A stretch of DNA of 63,997 nt, filler included, from an uncultured Methanosarcinales archaeon (GTDB lineage Archaea > Nanobdellota > Nanobdellia > Woesearchaeales > CAYSVS01): assembly GCA_964434475.1 (NCBI GenBank). It is 3 parts of 3 records of this genome, joined end to end, with 100 filler letters (N's around TTAATTAATTAA, not from the genome) between each part and the next. Parts side by side here need not be neighbours in the genome. Positions count along the whole stretch, not along the records: positions 1 to 28,626 come from CAYSVS010000013.1; 2 more parts are not named here. One strand, written 5' to 3'. The notes beneath the pieces are model-generated. The model ran no database searches and was not told where the DNA came from. It worked only from the letters and a program-made list of their open reading frames with translations. Numbering within the stretch: the first letter of the stretch is position 1; each line of letters opens with the position of its first letter. Both the position numbers and the translations under genes were made by a program. This document shows, in pieces, positions 1-9,899 of this stretch.

Positions 1-55
1 TCAAGTAGATATATAGAGTTTACGTTTTTGCTAATTTTGCAAAGTTCCCTAAATA
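1..55. repeat. 55-bp sequence identical to the start of contig 2 (28727-28781); probable end of a multicopy element
   Basis: Exact match TCAAGTAGAT...AAAGTTCCCTAAATA at both contig starts, diverging afterwards. Confidence 0.85.
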
Positions 56-63
56 ATATTTAG

Positions 64-119
64 AATTACAAACTGAAAATAGTTGCAATGCAAATAAATA
101 CAATACACTATTTGTAATT
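64..119. repeat. Dispersed hairpin repeat (family A), second copy at 48458-48512
   Basis: ATTACAAACTGAAAA..GTTGCAAnGCAAA...TTTGTAATT shared; ends are self-complementary. Confidence 0.7.
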
Positions 120-245
120 AATCAAAATTACATCTTTTTAAAAGAACAGTATATACAAAACAGTTGTAACCTCAGACAATATATATTCTCGCAATACCTA
201 TAATATAACTGCAAGAGTATGAGCAACATATGAAGGGCTGGCAAA

Positions 246-1751
246 ATGATAAAAAAACAAAAAGATCAAAAAACAGAAGAAGGAAGAGAATTCACAAGAG
301 ACGTCTATTTAGGAGACTTAGTTTTATTTAGACAGGGAGAAAGAGTAACCCCTGAAAAATTTAATAAAATAAGATTTGAAAAGAACTATCCTTCTTTAAT
401 AAGAAAACAATTGATTGAAAACAGCGTAGAAATAAAGCCAGACAAAGATTACGAAACACTAGAACAGATAACAAAGAATGCAAGCCAAGAATTAAGCAAA
501 GATATGCAGCAGTCTGAAAAAGGAATATATAAAAAACTAGATATGAAGAGATACCAAAAAATATCGGGAGAAGCTAGAGAAGCAATAGATAATCTGATAA
601 AAAACAAGAAATTCTACGAATACAGAGCAATACAAGAAGTATACCATCATAACGCAAATGTTGCAAACATAGCTTTAGCAATAGCGATGAAGAACGGAAT
701 AAACGACGAAAAGGAATTACAGCAATTATATCAGACTGCTGCTTTAAAAGATATAGGACTAGTTACAGGCAAATATAGCCTAGAAGACTTAACAAGATCA
801 AAAGTTGCATTCTACGAAGATCAAAGTATAATCGAACCATTAAAAGAGCACCTTAAAACATCTGTAGAGATATTAAATAATAATGATTTTAATCAAGATA
901 TGATCAGAGCAGTAATCTTACAATATGCTAAATCATATATTCCGGACATGAACAAAAAAGCGTTGGAATATTCACAAATATTGGTAGAAGCTGACAGGAT
1001 AGTCACCGAACACTGCCAATACTCAGTAGACTTTGCAAAGTATGAACAAGCAATAGAAGGAATATCAGGAGATATATGCGGAACATACAAAAATAAAGGA
1101 ATATATTTAGGAGATGTTCAAGGACATGGAGAAAAAGCAAGACAAGTTAGAGAGATTGCTGAAAATGTCATTGCTAAATATAATAACATAGAAGATTTAA
1201 ATAAAAGATTAGATAAAGAAATTAACGAAAAAAAGAAAGACGAACAAAGCTACATGACAGGTTTTGTTGCAGAGATAAAAGATAACAGATTACATTATGC
1301 AAATGCAGGACATGAAAACATCATATTATACAACAAATCAACAGGAGATATAAAAGAATTAGAAAGCAGCGGAGTACCTTACGGCATGTTTCCTGATGAG
1401 TTTGCTCCAGATTCAAAATCAAAAATAGAAAACATAGAATTGAGCGGAGATTACATATTATTCGGATTTACAGACGGAGGATATGAACTAAAAAATGAAA
1501 GCGGTTCTTTCGAAGAATTAGATTTAAACGGAAAAAAGATATCGACAAAAGACTTTTTGAAATATAGTTTGATAAAACACGGAAAAGAGAGCAATAAATC
1601 ACAAGAGATAATCGAAAAAACTTATGCAGACATGGAAAACGTCTTGAAAACATATAACTGCAATATTGCAGATGACTTTACAATGTTTGCAAGCACAATA
1701 AAAAAACAGCCACATACAGCATTTGAAAATTATTTAAGAAAAGCTGCGTAA
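246..1751 (+). CDS. Degenerate HD/HD-GYP-like domain fused to PP2C/SpoIIE-family phosphatase
   Basis: C-terminal GDVQGHG, YANAGH, FTDGGYE and DDFT motifs; N-terminal HNANVA..IA...AALKDIG resembles HD-GYP with HD replaced by KD. Confidence 0.75.
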   Translation: MIKKQKDQKTEEGREFTRDVYLGDLVLFRQGERVTPEKFNKIRFEKNYPSLIRKQLIENSVEIKPDKDYETLEQITKNASQELSKDMQQSEKGIYKKLDMKRYQKISGEAREAIDNLIKNKKFYEYRAIQEVYHHNANVANIALAIAMKNGINDEKELQQLYQTAALKDIGLVTGKYSLEDLTRSKVAFYEDQSIIEPLKEHLKTSVEILNNNDFNQDMIRAVILQYAKSYIPDMNKKALEYSQILVEADRIVTEHCQYSVDFAKYEQAIEGISGDICGTYKNKGIYLGDVQGHGEKARQVREIAENVIAKYNNIEDLNKRLDKEINEKKKDEQSYMTGFVAEIKDNRLHYANAGHENIILYNKSTGDIKELESSGVPYGMFPDEFAPDSKSKIENIELSGDYILFGFTDGGYELKNESGSFEELDLNGKKISTKDFLKYSLIKHGKESNKSQEIIEKTYADMENVLKTYNCNIADDFTMFASTIKKQPHTAFENYLRKAA

Positions 1752-1803
1752 AAGCTAAACAAACACAAACTATTTATATCAAATTATTTATTCTTTTATT
1801 ATT

Positions 1804-2907
1804 ATGGAGTTAATAAATAAAGAACTGTTGGATCAGACAAAGAATTTCTTCAATAACATAACAAAAGAGGACAAGGTCGCAGTAATCCACCACACAGATC
1901 CAGACGGAGTGTGCAGCGGAGTTATAGTTGCAAAAACTATCCAAAAAATAAGGGACAAACCTATTGACCTAAGACTTAATCAAAATTCATCAGAATTGTT
2001 TATATCAAAAGATACTCTAGAAAAACTGAAAGAAAAAAGAATAAACAAAGTTATAATTACAGACATGAGTGTTGACCAAGATGTATCAGAAAACAAAATA
2101 GAAACTATTCCTGATTTTGCCAAATTATTGATAATAGACCACCACAAGCTATATAGAAACTTAAATTCTAACAAAATAGTGTTAATAAAGCCGCATATGA
2201 TATACAAGGATGTAAATTCTGCACAGTATTGCGCTGCCAAATTTTGTTTTGATATATGCAGCAAACTTGCAGATATAAAAGAGCTTGATTGGATAGCAAG
2301 CATAGGAATTATAGGAGACTGCGGATACGAAACATGGAAGTTTTTTGTAGATAATATACTGGCAAAATATGAGATTGAAAAGAAAACAGACATATTCTAT
2401 ACAGAACTGGGAAGAATTGCAGATATTGTAAGTTGTACTGAAGCCTTTGATATAGATAAGATTGAAAAAGCTTTTGATATAATATATAATGCTAAAAATC
2501 ATAAAGAGGTTCTTAATTCTGAATTAAGAAAGTACAAAGAAGATGTTAAAAAAGAAATAGATTTCTGGAGAACAAACCTAAAAGAAAAAGCAGAAATTAA
2601 AGAAGATCTGATATATTATGAAATAAATCCAAAATATCCTGTGAAATCAAACTTATGCACTTTGCTGAGTTTTGATTTTCCTGACAAAACCATAGTTCTC
2701 GTACAGGAGATGGAAGGGGAAAATTTGATAGCAGTAAGCGCGAGAAGAAGAGACAATAAGGTCGCTATGAACGATATGCTGGAATATGCTGCCAAAGGTC
2801 TGGAAAAAGCAGGAGGGGGCGGACATATACCTGCAGCAGGAGGAAGGTTTCTCAAGAAAGATAAACAAAGATTCAAGAAGAGGTTGTTCGAATGGCTCAA
2901 GATATAA
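1804..2907 (+). CDS. DHH/DHHA1 family phosphoesterase
   Basis: HHTDPDG, IITD, IDHH and C-terminal GGGHIPAAG motifs. Confidence 0.9.
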   Translation: MELINKELLDQTKNFFNNITKEDKVAVIHHTDPDGVCSGVIVAKTIQKIRDKPIDLRLNQNSSELFISKDTLEKLKEKRINKVIITDMSVDQDVSENKIETIPDFAKLLIIDHHKLYRNLNSNKIVLIKPHMIYKDVNSAQYCAAKFCFDICSKLADIKELDWIASIGIIGDCGYETWKFFVDNILAKYEIEKKTDIFYTELGRIADIVSCTEAFDIDKIEKAFDIIYNAKNHKEVLNSELRKYKEDVKKEIDFWRTNLKEKAEIKEDLIYYEINPKYPVKSNLCTLLSFDFPDKTIVLVQEMEGENLIAVSARRRDNKVAMNDMLEYAAKGLEKAGGGGHIPAAGGRFLKKDKQRFKKRLFEWLKI

Positions 2908-4424
2908 AAAAATACCTTGATATGGCGGCATGGGAAAAGCTGCAGAACAGCATCTCAAAAAAACTAGGAATAAGCATAAGGACAATAGATACACAAGGAA
3001 ACGAGATTATCAGCAGCGGAAATATACCTTTTTATTGTACGATAATAAGATCAAAAAACAAAGGAAAGATGTCATGTAAAGAAGAACTTAAATTTAACTT
3101 GGAAAAAACATCTGAACAAAATAAAGAACATATAGAATTTGAATGCTGTCATGGACTGATGAATATGTTATTTCCTATCACAATACACAACAGAAAGATA
3201 GGAGGCATAGTCTTCAGCTATAAGAAAGAAAAGGAAAACGAATTTTTTGAAAGATTGTCAAAAAAATTAAGCATAAGCAAAGAAGAACTTTCAGAAGAAT
3301 ATTCTAAAATACAGACGTACAGCGAAAGAGACATAAACATATTCAAGAACATAATTTCATCAATCACAGAAACAATACCAGAAATAATATATCACAGCCA
3401 TATGAACAATAAAAAAACTTCCGCATTAAGGACTATAAAAAAAATCTCTTCTGTTGTAAATTCTACCTTGGAAATAAAAAAGATAATGACAGAGATAATA
3501 AGATTCATAGTAGAAAACAATTTTGCAAAAACATGTTCAGTGGTCACATTAAGCCCTATGAGAAGATACACATTGAATGAAAATTCATTGCCGAAGCATT
3601 ATACCAATTTCGAAAACAATATAGCAAACGAAGTCATAAAATCAAGGAAAATAAGAGGAGTAGAAAATATATCAAAAGACAAAAGGTTCAATTCAAGATC
3701 AAACTTCAACATCTATGATGCTTTGATAAGCATACCCATAACAAACCAGTTTGAAGTGCTTGGAGTACTTAACATGTATTCTGAATCAGGAGATAAGCTT
3801 AAGCAAAATATAGAATTGTTCTCAATAATCGCAGATCAGGCAGGAATAGCTATAGCTAACGCTAAACAATACGAACAGATGAAGCATTCTGCAGATACTG
3901 ACAAGCTCACAGGACTTTATAACAGAAGATACTTTATGGATGTTCTTGAACAAGAAACAGCAAGAAGCAGAAGGTTCGGGCATCCTATATCTGTAGCGAT
4001 GATAGACATAGACCACTTCAAGCAGTATAATGACAATAACGGACATCCTAAAGGAGATAAGCTGCTTAAAGAATTAGCATCATTGTTAAAAGAATGTGTA
4101 AGGGATGTTGATACAGTTGGAAGATACGGAGGAGAAGAATTCATCATAGTTTTTCCTGAAATAAAACCCAACGAAATATTGAGCGCTGCAGACAGGATAG
4201 TAAAATCAGTTGCAAATAACAAGTTTGATTCTGGAGAAAAACAGCCAGGAGGCAAGATTACGATAAGTATGGGATTACTGACATGCATGGATGTAGGGAT
4301 GGATGCAAAAGACATAATAAAAGAAGCAGATAATGCACTGTATGATGCAAAAAACGACGGAAGAAATAAAGTCCAGGCAAAAGTTTTGCTCAAGAAAGGA
4401 ATGAAAGCGATCGATGTGAATTGA
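2892..4424 (+). CDS. Diguanylate cyclase with PocR-like and GAF sensor domains
   Basis: TDKLTGLYNRR, DIDHFKQYND, GHPKGD, RDVD I-site and RYGGEEF; N-terminal PocR-like C..C..CCHGL; GAF before the cyclase. Confidence 0.92.
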   Translation: MAQDIKKYLDMAAWEKLQNSISKKLGISIRTIDTQGNEIISSGNIPFYCTIIRSKNKGKMSCKEELKFNLEKTSEQNKEHIEFECCHGLMNMLFPITIHNRKIGGIVFSYKKEKENEFFERLSKKLSISKEELSEEYSKIQTYSERDINIFKNIISSITETIPEIIYHSHMNNKKTSALRTIKKISSVVNSTLEIKKIMTEIIRFIVENNFAKTCSVVTLSPMRRYTLNENSLPKHYTNFENNIANEVIKSRKIRGVENISKDKRFNSRSNFNIYDALISIPITNQFEVLGVLNMYSESGDKLKQNIELFSIIADQAGIAIANAKQYEQMKHSADTDKLTGLYNRRYFMDVLEQETARSRRFGHPISVAMIDIDHFKQYNDNNGHPKGDKLLKELASLLKECVRDVDTVGRYGGEEFIIVFPEIKPNEILSAADRIVKSVANNKFDSGEKQPGGKITISMGLLTCMDVGMDAKDIIKEADNALYDAKNDGRNKVQAKVLLKKGMKAIDVN

Positions 4425-4436
4425 AAATCCCTTATT

Positions 4437-5642
4437 CTATTTACCGCTTATAATCTCTATAACATCGCGATGATTAAGCTTATGCTCTTTCCCTACTGTT
4501 CTTTTAGTTTTTACATCTATAGCACGTATAAAATTCTTGCCAAAATCAGTGTGGAGTCGAAATGCAAAATCCAAAGCAGTAGAACCAGGAGGCATAAGGA
4601 AACAATCAGGCAGGACATTACCCTCAGAATCCTCTAGCTTGTTAACGCCACCAGGATATATTGCAATATATTTCAATAGCTTAAAAACAGAAGTATCCAA
4701 TGAATCCTGGACTCCTGTTGAACCAAATTTTTCCAAAACATCTAACCTGATGAAGCGTAAAGCTTGTTTCTGTTTTTCAGTTAATTTATCATCATCAAGT
4801 ATCTTAAAAGTATTATCTCCAGGAACATATTCTATCAATTGCGCTTTTGCAGCCTCCCTTAAAGCAAGCTCAGACTCCGCACTGCAAGGGATAAGAATAT
4901 AATCTGAAAAATCTTCCTTTAATCTTTCAAAATTATCTTTACCGCTGGGAGTATCCACTTTATTACAGGCTATTATCATAGGCTTGGTCTGTTTGCGCAA
5001 TTCTACAGACAATTTCAACAATTGGTCCTCTGTCCAAGATGCAGGTTTTTCGTTCGGCAATGCAAGTTTGATAATAACATCTTTGACCATGTCTTCATCA
5101 ACACCTAACCCTGACAATTGTTTCGCTAATGCTTTATGTATCTCTTCTTTTTCCTGCTGGACTTGCCGGGCAAATTTTTCCCATCCTTTTTTCAATATGC
5201 CTAAATACCACATATCAAGCTCTATCTCTAAAAATCTAATATCTACAGCAGGATCATAACTGCCAGGATCAACAGGTTCACCTTTCTCGTTAGTAGAACC
5301 AGAACAGTCGATTACATGAATAAGGGCATCAGCCTGCCTTAAATCATCAAGAAATTGGTTTCCCATGCCTAAACCCTTATGTGCGCCAGGAACAAGTCCG
5401 GCAACATCTATCATCTGCACAGGAACAAATCTTTTATGCTTTATACAAAATCCTTCCCTTGGATTACATTGGGTTTCAAAGAAATTGTCGACACAGTCTA
5501 TTTTTACATAGCCCACTCCTGTATTAGGCTTAATGGTTGCAAAAGGGTAATTCGCTATTTCCACCTCTGCTAAAGTAGCTGACTTAAAGAACGTACTTTT
5601 CCCAACATTTGCCTTACCTACTACACCTATCTGCATTTTCAT
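4437..5642 (-). CDS. ychF: YchF/OLA1-like Obg-family ATPase/GTPase with TGS domain (archaeal type)
   Basis: GKANVGKST, YPFAT, DVAGLVPGA, NKVD; C-terminal TGS. Confidence 0.92.
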   Translation of the reverse strand: MKMQIGVVGKANVGKSTFFKSATLAEVEIANYPFATIKPNTGVGYVKIDCVDNFFETQCNPREGFCIKHKRFVPVQMIDVAGLVPGAHKGLGMGNQFLDDLRQADALIHVIDCSGSTNEKGEPVDPGSYDPAVDIRFLEIELDMWYLGILKKGWEKFARQVQQEKEEIHKALAKQLSGLGVDEDMVKDVIIKLALPNEKPASWTEDQLLKLSVELRKQTKPMIIACNKVDTPSGKDNFERLKEDFSDYILIPCSAESELALREAAKAQLIEYVPGDNTFKILDDDKLTEKQKQALRFIRLDVLEKFGSTGVQDSLDTSVFKLLKYIAIYPGGVNKLEDSEGNVLPDCFLMPPGSTALDFAFRLHTDFGKNFIRAIDVKTKRTVGKEHKLNHRDVIEIISGK

Positions 5643-5713
5643 TGAACGTATCCACAGAAGTTTTAAAAAGTTTTCCCAAACAATTTATAAACTTAAAAAG
5701 AAAATCAAATAAG

Positions 5714-6400
5714 ATGATAAAGTCAGATTTTCATATACATACGAAAGAAGATCCTTTGGACAGAAAGGAAATAAGATATAACAGCAAAGAGATGATAAAA
5801 TTCTGCGCTAAACTAGGATATAAAATATTATCGATAACAAACCACACAAGCATATTTTTTAATAAAGACATAAAAGAATTCGCACATAAAAAAGGAATAT
5901 TGCTTATTCCAGGAACTGAAGCGGTCGTAGAAGGAAAAGAAGTGCTTATAATCAATGCACCTCTGGACTTATATAAAAGATTTTCAAAAAAAAAACCTCG
6001 TTTTGAATATCTGGACAGATTAAGAGAAGAGAATGCATTGATCATAGCGCCTCATGCATTCTATCCTAGAAAGAATTGTCTGCAAAAAAGTTTGATAGAT
6101 AATATAAACAAGTTTGATGCCATAGAATATTCGCATTTTTATACTAAATACTTAAATTTTAATAAAAAAGCAGTAAAAGCAGCAAAAAGATTCAATAAAC
6201 CTTTAGTAGGAACAAGCGACGCACACAGATATATCCAGTTCAACAAAACCTATTCTTTGCTGGATTGTGAACCAAAAAAAGATGATGTTCTTGAAGCGAT
6301 AAGGAAAAACAGAATAAAAGTAAAGTCAAAGCCGCTAGATCTGTTCACTTTTTCTAAGATAGGGCTTCAATCTATAGGACTGCTACCAAAACGTTTATAA
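5714..6400 (+). CDS. PHP-domain phosphoesterase
   Basis: DFHIHT, ITNH, APH and GTSDAH motifs; start moved to ATG 5714 to avoid overlapping ychF. Confidence 0.85.
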   Translation: MIKSDFHIHTKEDPLDRKEIRYNSKEMIKFCAKLGYKILSITNHTSIFFNKDIKEFAHKKGILLIPGTEAVVEGKEVLIINAPLDLYKRFSKKKPRFEYLDRLREENALIIAPHAFYPRKNCLQKSLIDNINKFDAIEYSHFYTKYLNFNKKAVKAAKRFNKPLVGTSDAHRYIQFNKTYSLLDCEPKKDDVLEAIRKNRIKVKSKPLDLFTFSKIGLQSIGLLPKRL

Positions 6401-6424
6401 ATATCATTGCAAATTATTTTATTG

Positions 6425-7012
6425 ATGGCTAAACCGCTAGTAAGTACTTATTCACATAAGCAAGAACCCAGATTGGTCGCTGCAAGTTTCAGGGTAAAGT
6501 ATAGAGATATATTCAGTATGAAAAACCTATATAAGTTCATACATGAATGGATTCTTGATAAAGATTGGAAAGATCCTAAACAGCATGAAACTTTTTATGG
6601 GCAAAAAACAGAAAAAGGAGCAAGCGAATATTGGATATGGTGGGACGTCTCAAAAGATAGTTCAAAATATATAAAATATAAACTAAGGATAAAATTCCAC
6701 ATAATAGGTATGGCATCTACAGAGATAATGCATGAAGGCAAGAAATTCAAGGCAGAAAAAGGCGAGGTTGAGATGACCTTTTTATCATGGGTTGAACTAA
6801 GCGAAGGTGAGTGGAAAAAGCATTGGCTACTGAAACATTTTCCTGACATGTATAAAAACAGAATATTTCACACTAATCTCGAAGACCATAAAAGACTTTT
6901 GTATAGAGAGATATACCAACTACAAGGCCTAGTAAAGAAATATCTAAATATGAAAGGATTCCTGCCAGAATTGAAATTAGAACCATTCCATCCTTCATAT
7001 TCATGGCATTAG
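6425..7012 (+). CDS. Hypothetical protein
   Basis: Long ORF with host-like codon usage; ATG 6425 preferred. Confidence 0.7.
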   Translation: MAKPLVSTYSHKQEPRLVAASFRVKYRDIFSMKNLYKFIHEWILDKDWKDPKQHETFYGQKTEKGASEYWIWWDVSKDSSKYIKYKLRIKFHIIGMASTEIMHEGKKFKAEKGEVEMTFLSWVELSEGEWKKHWLLKHFPDMYKNRIFHTNLEDHKRLLYREIYQLQGLVKKYLNMKGFLPELKLEPFHPSYSWH

Positions 7013-7214
7013 GCCATTTTTTTATATTTATTAAATAAACACAGACAAAAGTTATGGTTTAATATTTCGTCATTTAGAATATGAAGGAAACTAAATAAAA
7101 TTCTTAATAAAGAGTAAGTTTTTTAAAGAGATAAGGATTTTCAAAGTTTGGAATACATCTCCGCAGCATACCAATCAACTGGTTACGCTCGGTTGACACG
7201 CAAATCAAATCTAC

Positions 7215-7302
7215 GCCTCCGTAGCATAGTAGCTATTGCGGCAGACTTGTAGCAATTATGCAAGCAATCTGCAGGTCGTGGGTGCAGTTCCCACCGGAGG
7301 CT
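7215..7302 (+). tRNA. tRNA-Thr(TGT) with 15-nt intron at 37/38 (7252-7266)
   Basis: Acceptor GCCTCCG/CGGAGGC, anticodon stem GCAGA/TCTGC, BHB helix CTTG/CAAG with 3-nt bulges. Confidence 0.93.
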
Positions 7303-7555
7303 TTTATTCCTACATTATATCTCTTTTTTTTATTTCACATATAAAATAAGACAAAAATGGTTAAATAATGTTTATATCCTATTATTTCTTATAAAAACAA
7401 TAAAATGAAAAAAACAAACAGATTAGTTAATATAAATAAAATTTGCACAGAACTTAGTCATAAAACGTGTCTGTTTTCTTTCTTTCCTAAATCTACATAA
7501 TTTTGGAATCTGCTGCCTGATTAAAACCTAAAGTCTTAGCTATTGTTTTCATATT

Positions 7556-7735
7556 TCATATCTTTAAATAATCTTTACAAGCTGTATAAGCTGTATTATA
7601 GCCGTCACACTTCGCACATTTAGTATCCTCACTGAATGTAGCATATAGCTCTTTCTTGTATTGTTTCTCTTTGTCTTTTAATTCAATCTTCTTCCAAAAA
7701 CATAACTGGTCGATTGTTGTTCCTTCTTCAATCAT
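7556..7735 (-). CDS. Small Cys-rich protein (59 aa, MIEEGTTIDQLCFW...CAKCDGYNTAYTACKDYLKI), possibly metal-binding
   Basis: Hand translation, below the ORF-track cutoff; GAAGGG RBS-like sequence upstream; four Cys including CxxC. Confidence 0.5.
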   Translation of the reverse strand: MIEEGTTIDQLCFWKKIELKDKEKQYKKELYATFSEDTKCAKCDGYNTAYTACKDYLKI

Positions 7736-8131
7736 TTTATCCCTTCTTTATACCTTATAGAATTATACATTTAGCTTATTTATATCTATCGTTTTTTGAA
7801 AGTTATTTTTCAGTTTTTAGCCAACACGAATTTACTCTAATCTATCAATTTAAATGCAGATATTGTAGTTGGAATATTTATAAATGATTTTTAATAATTT
7901 TATAATAAATATGTTATTTTTTTATGAGATGATGAAGAATACGCAACCCATATGTCAGTTCATATCAAATAATACGCGATTTAACGAAAGTTTTATTTCA
8001 CAGAATAGGTATTAAGTCGAATTTTTCTTCTGCTAAATTTTTAAATCTCTAATACATATCTCCTGCCAAGACAGCGCACTAAAAAGCATAAACTTTTAAA
8101 TCAAATTGATTTTAAGAATACAAAAAGAAAA

Positions 8132-9100
8132 ATGATAGAATATATTTTATTTGTTGCAGGAATTGCGTTACTAATTAAATCTGCAGACTATCTTGTTGAT
8201 GGTTCTTCATCTTTAGCAAAAAAGTTTGGAGTTTCATCAATAGTTATAGGGTTAACAATTGTTGCTTTTGGAACATCTATGCCCGAATTAATAGTTAATA
8301 TTATTGCTTCATTAAAAGGAAGTGGAGATATAGCTTTTGGGAACATAATTGGAAGCAGTATGGCAAATACTCTTTTAATCTTGGGAATTGTAGCACTAAT
8401 TACAAATTTAAAAATTAAAAAAGGCACAACTTGGAAAGAGATACCTTTTTCTTTTCTCGCAGTTTTAGTATTATTAGTCTTCTCTATATCATCTCTTTTA
8501 AACAAATCTGGCAGAGATTTTCTTTCAAGAACAGACGGGATTATTCTTATATTATTCTTTTCAATTTTTCTGTATTATATCTTTGAAATGACAAAAAAAG
8601 ATATGAAAATAAAAAAATCTTCTAATGATCTTGAAATAAAAAAACATTCTAATTTAGTAATTTCATTAATGATTATTGGAGGAGTAATTGGACTATTCTT
8701 AGGAGGTAAATGGACTGTTGATGGAGCAGTTATTATTGCAAGAACATTTGGATTGAGTGAATTTCTTATTTCATCAACAATAATTGCTGCAGGCACATCC
8801 TTGCCAGAATTAATAACTTCTGTTGTTGCTGTGTTGAAGAAAAATGTTGATTTAGGTGTGGGTAATATAGTTGGAAGCAATATTTTTAATATATTTTGGG
8901 TGTTAGGTTTAACTGCAATTATTAATCCGTTAAGATTTTCAGAATTTATAAGGATTGATTTAATTATCTTACTATTTGCAACTTTCTTACTATTTTTATT
9001 TATGTTTTTGGGTAAAAAACACAAACTAGAAAAGTGGCAAGGAGCTACATTTCTTTTAATTTACATAAGCTATATAATCTATATAATTATTAGGGGTTAA
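8132..9100 (+). CDS. Calcium/sodium antiporter (YrbG/CaCA family)
   Basis: Two alpha repeats GTSMPE and GTSLPE, GNIIGS/GNIVGSN, multiple TM helices. Confidence 0.93.
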   Translation: MIEYILFVAGIALLIKSADYLVDGSSSLAKKFGVSSIVIGLTIVAFGTSMPELIVNIIASLKGSGDIAFGNIIGSSMANTLLILGIVALITNLKIKKGTTWKEIPFSFLAVLVLLVFSISSLLNKSGRDFLSRTDGIILILFFSIFLYYIFEMTKKDMKIKKSSNDLEIKKHSNLVISLMIIGGVIGLFLGGKWTVDGAVIIARTFGLSEFLISSTIIAAGTSLPELITSVVAVLKKNVDLGVGNIVGSNIFNIFWVLGLTAIINPLRFSEFIRIDLIILLFATFLLFLFMFLGKKHKLEKWQGATFLLIYISYIIYIIIRG

Positions 9101-9266
9101 TCAAATAAAAAATTGCGCAGTCTCCAGCCATCAAAGATAATAAATAAGATCGACTTATAAATGAAATTCAGCGCAAATATACTGTGGAGTATAAAGCTCA
9201 CAGGATAGTTATTTTTCTTAAAAAGTTTTAAATACCAGTTATAAAAATCAAAGATAAGGTGATAAT

Positions 9267-9899
9267 ATGAATCTTATATTTTTAGGTCCTCCAGGAGTGG
9301 GCAAAGGCACAGTAGCAAAGATATTTGCAGAAAGGAAGAATATGGTGCAGATATCTACAGGCGATCTTTTCAGAGCCGAAATTAAAGCTGAAACAGAATT
9401 AGGAAAAAAAGCTAAAGAGTATATAGATGAAGGAGAACTTGTTCCTGATACTATTACCATAGACCTTTTGAAAAAAAGGATATCTCTACCAGATTGCCAG
9501 GAAGGTTTTATTCTAGATGGTTTTCCAAGAACAATACCGCAAGCAGAAGCGCTCGATAATAGTGATATGAAAATAGATAAAGTGGTGAATTTTACTGTTA
9601 GTCATAAAACATTGATAGACAGACTATCAGGAAGAAGAGTCTGTAAACAATGCGGAGCTATATATCATATAAGAAACATTCCTACTAAAGTAAAAGGTGT
9701 TTGTGATAAATGTGGAGGAGAACTGTTCCAAAGAGATGATGACAAACCAGAAGCTATAGAAAACAGACTAAAGGTATATGAAGAAAAAACAGCACCTTTG
9801 ATAAACTTATATAAAGATAAAAATATGATTGTTGATGTAGACACAGAACAAGATATTGAGAATATCTACGAGGATACGATAAAGGCAGTTTCAGAATAA
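9267..9899 (+). CDS. adk: Adenylate kinase, bacterial-type with Zn lid
   Basis: GPPGVGKGT, ISTGDLFR, LDGFPR, CKQC...CDKC lid. Confidence 0.96.
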   Translation: MNLIFLGPPGVGKGTVAKIFAERKNMVQISTGDLFRAEIKAETELGKKAKEYIDEGELVPDTITIDLLKKRISLPDCQEGFILDGFPRTIPQAEALDNSDMKIDKVVNFTVSHKTLIDRLSGRRVCKQCGAIYHIRNIPTKVKGVCDKCGGELFQRDDDKPEAIENRLKVYEEKTAPLINLYKDKNMIVDVDTEQDIENIYEDTIKAVSE

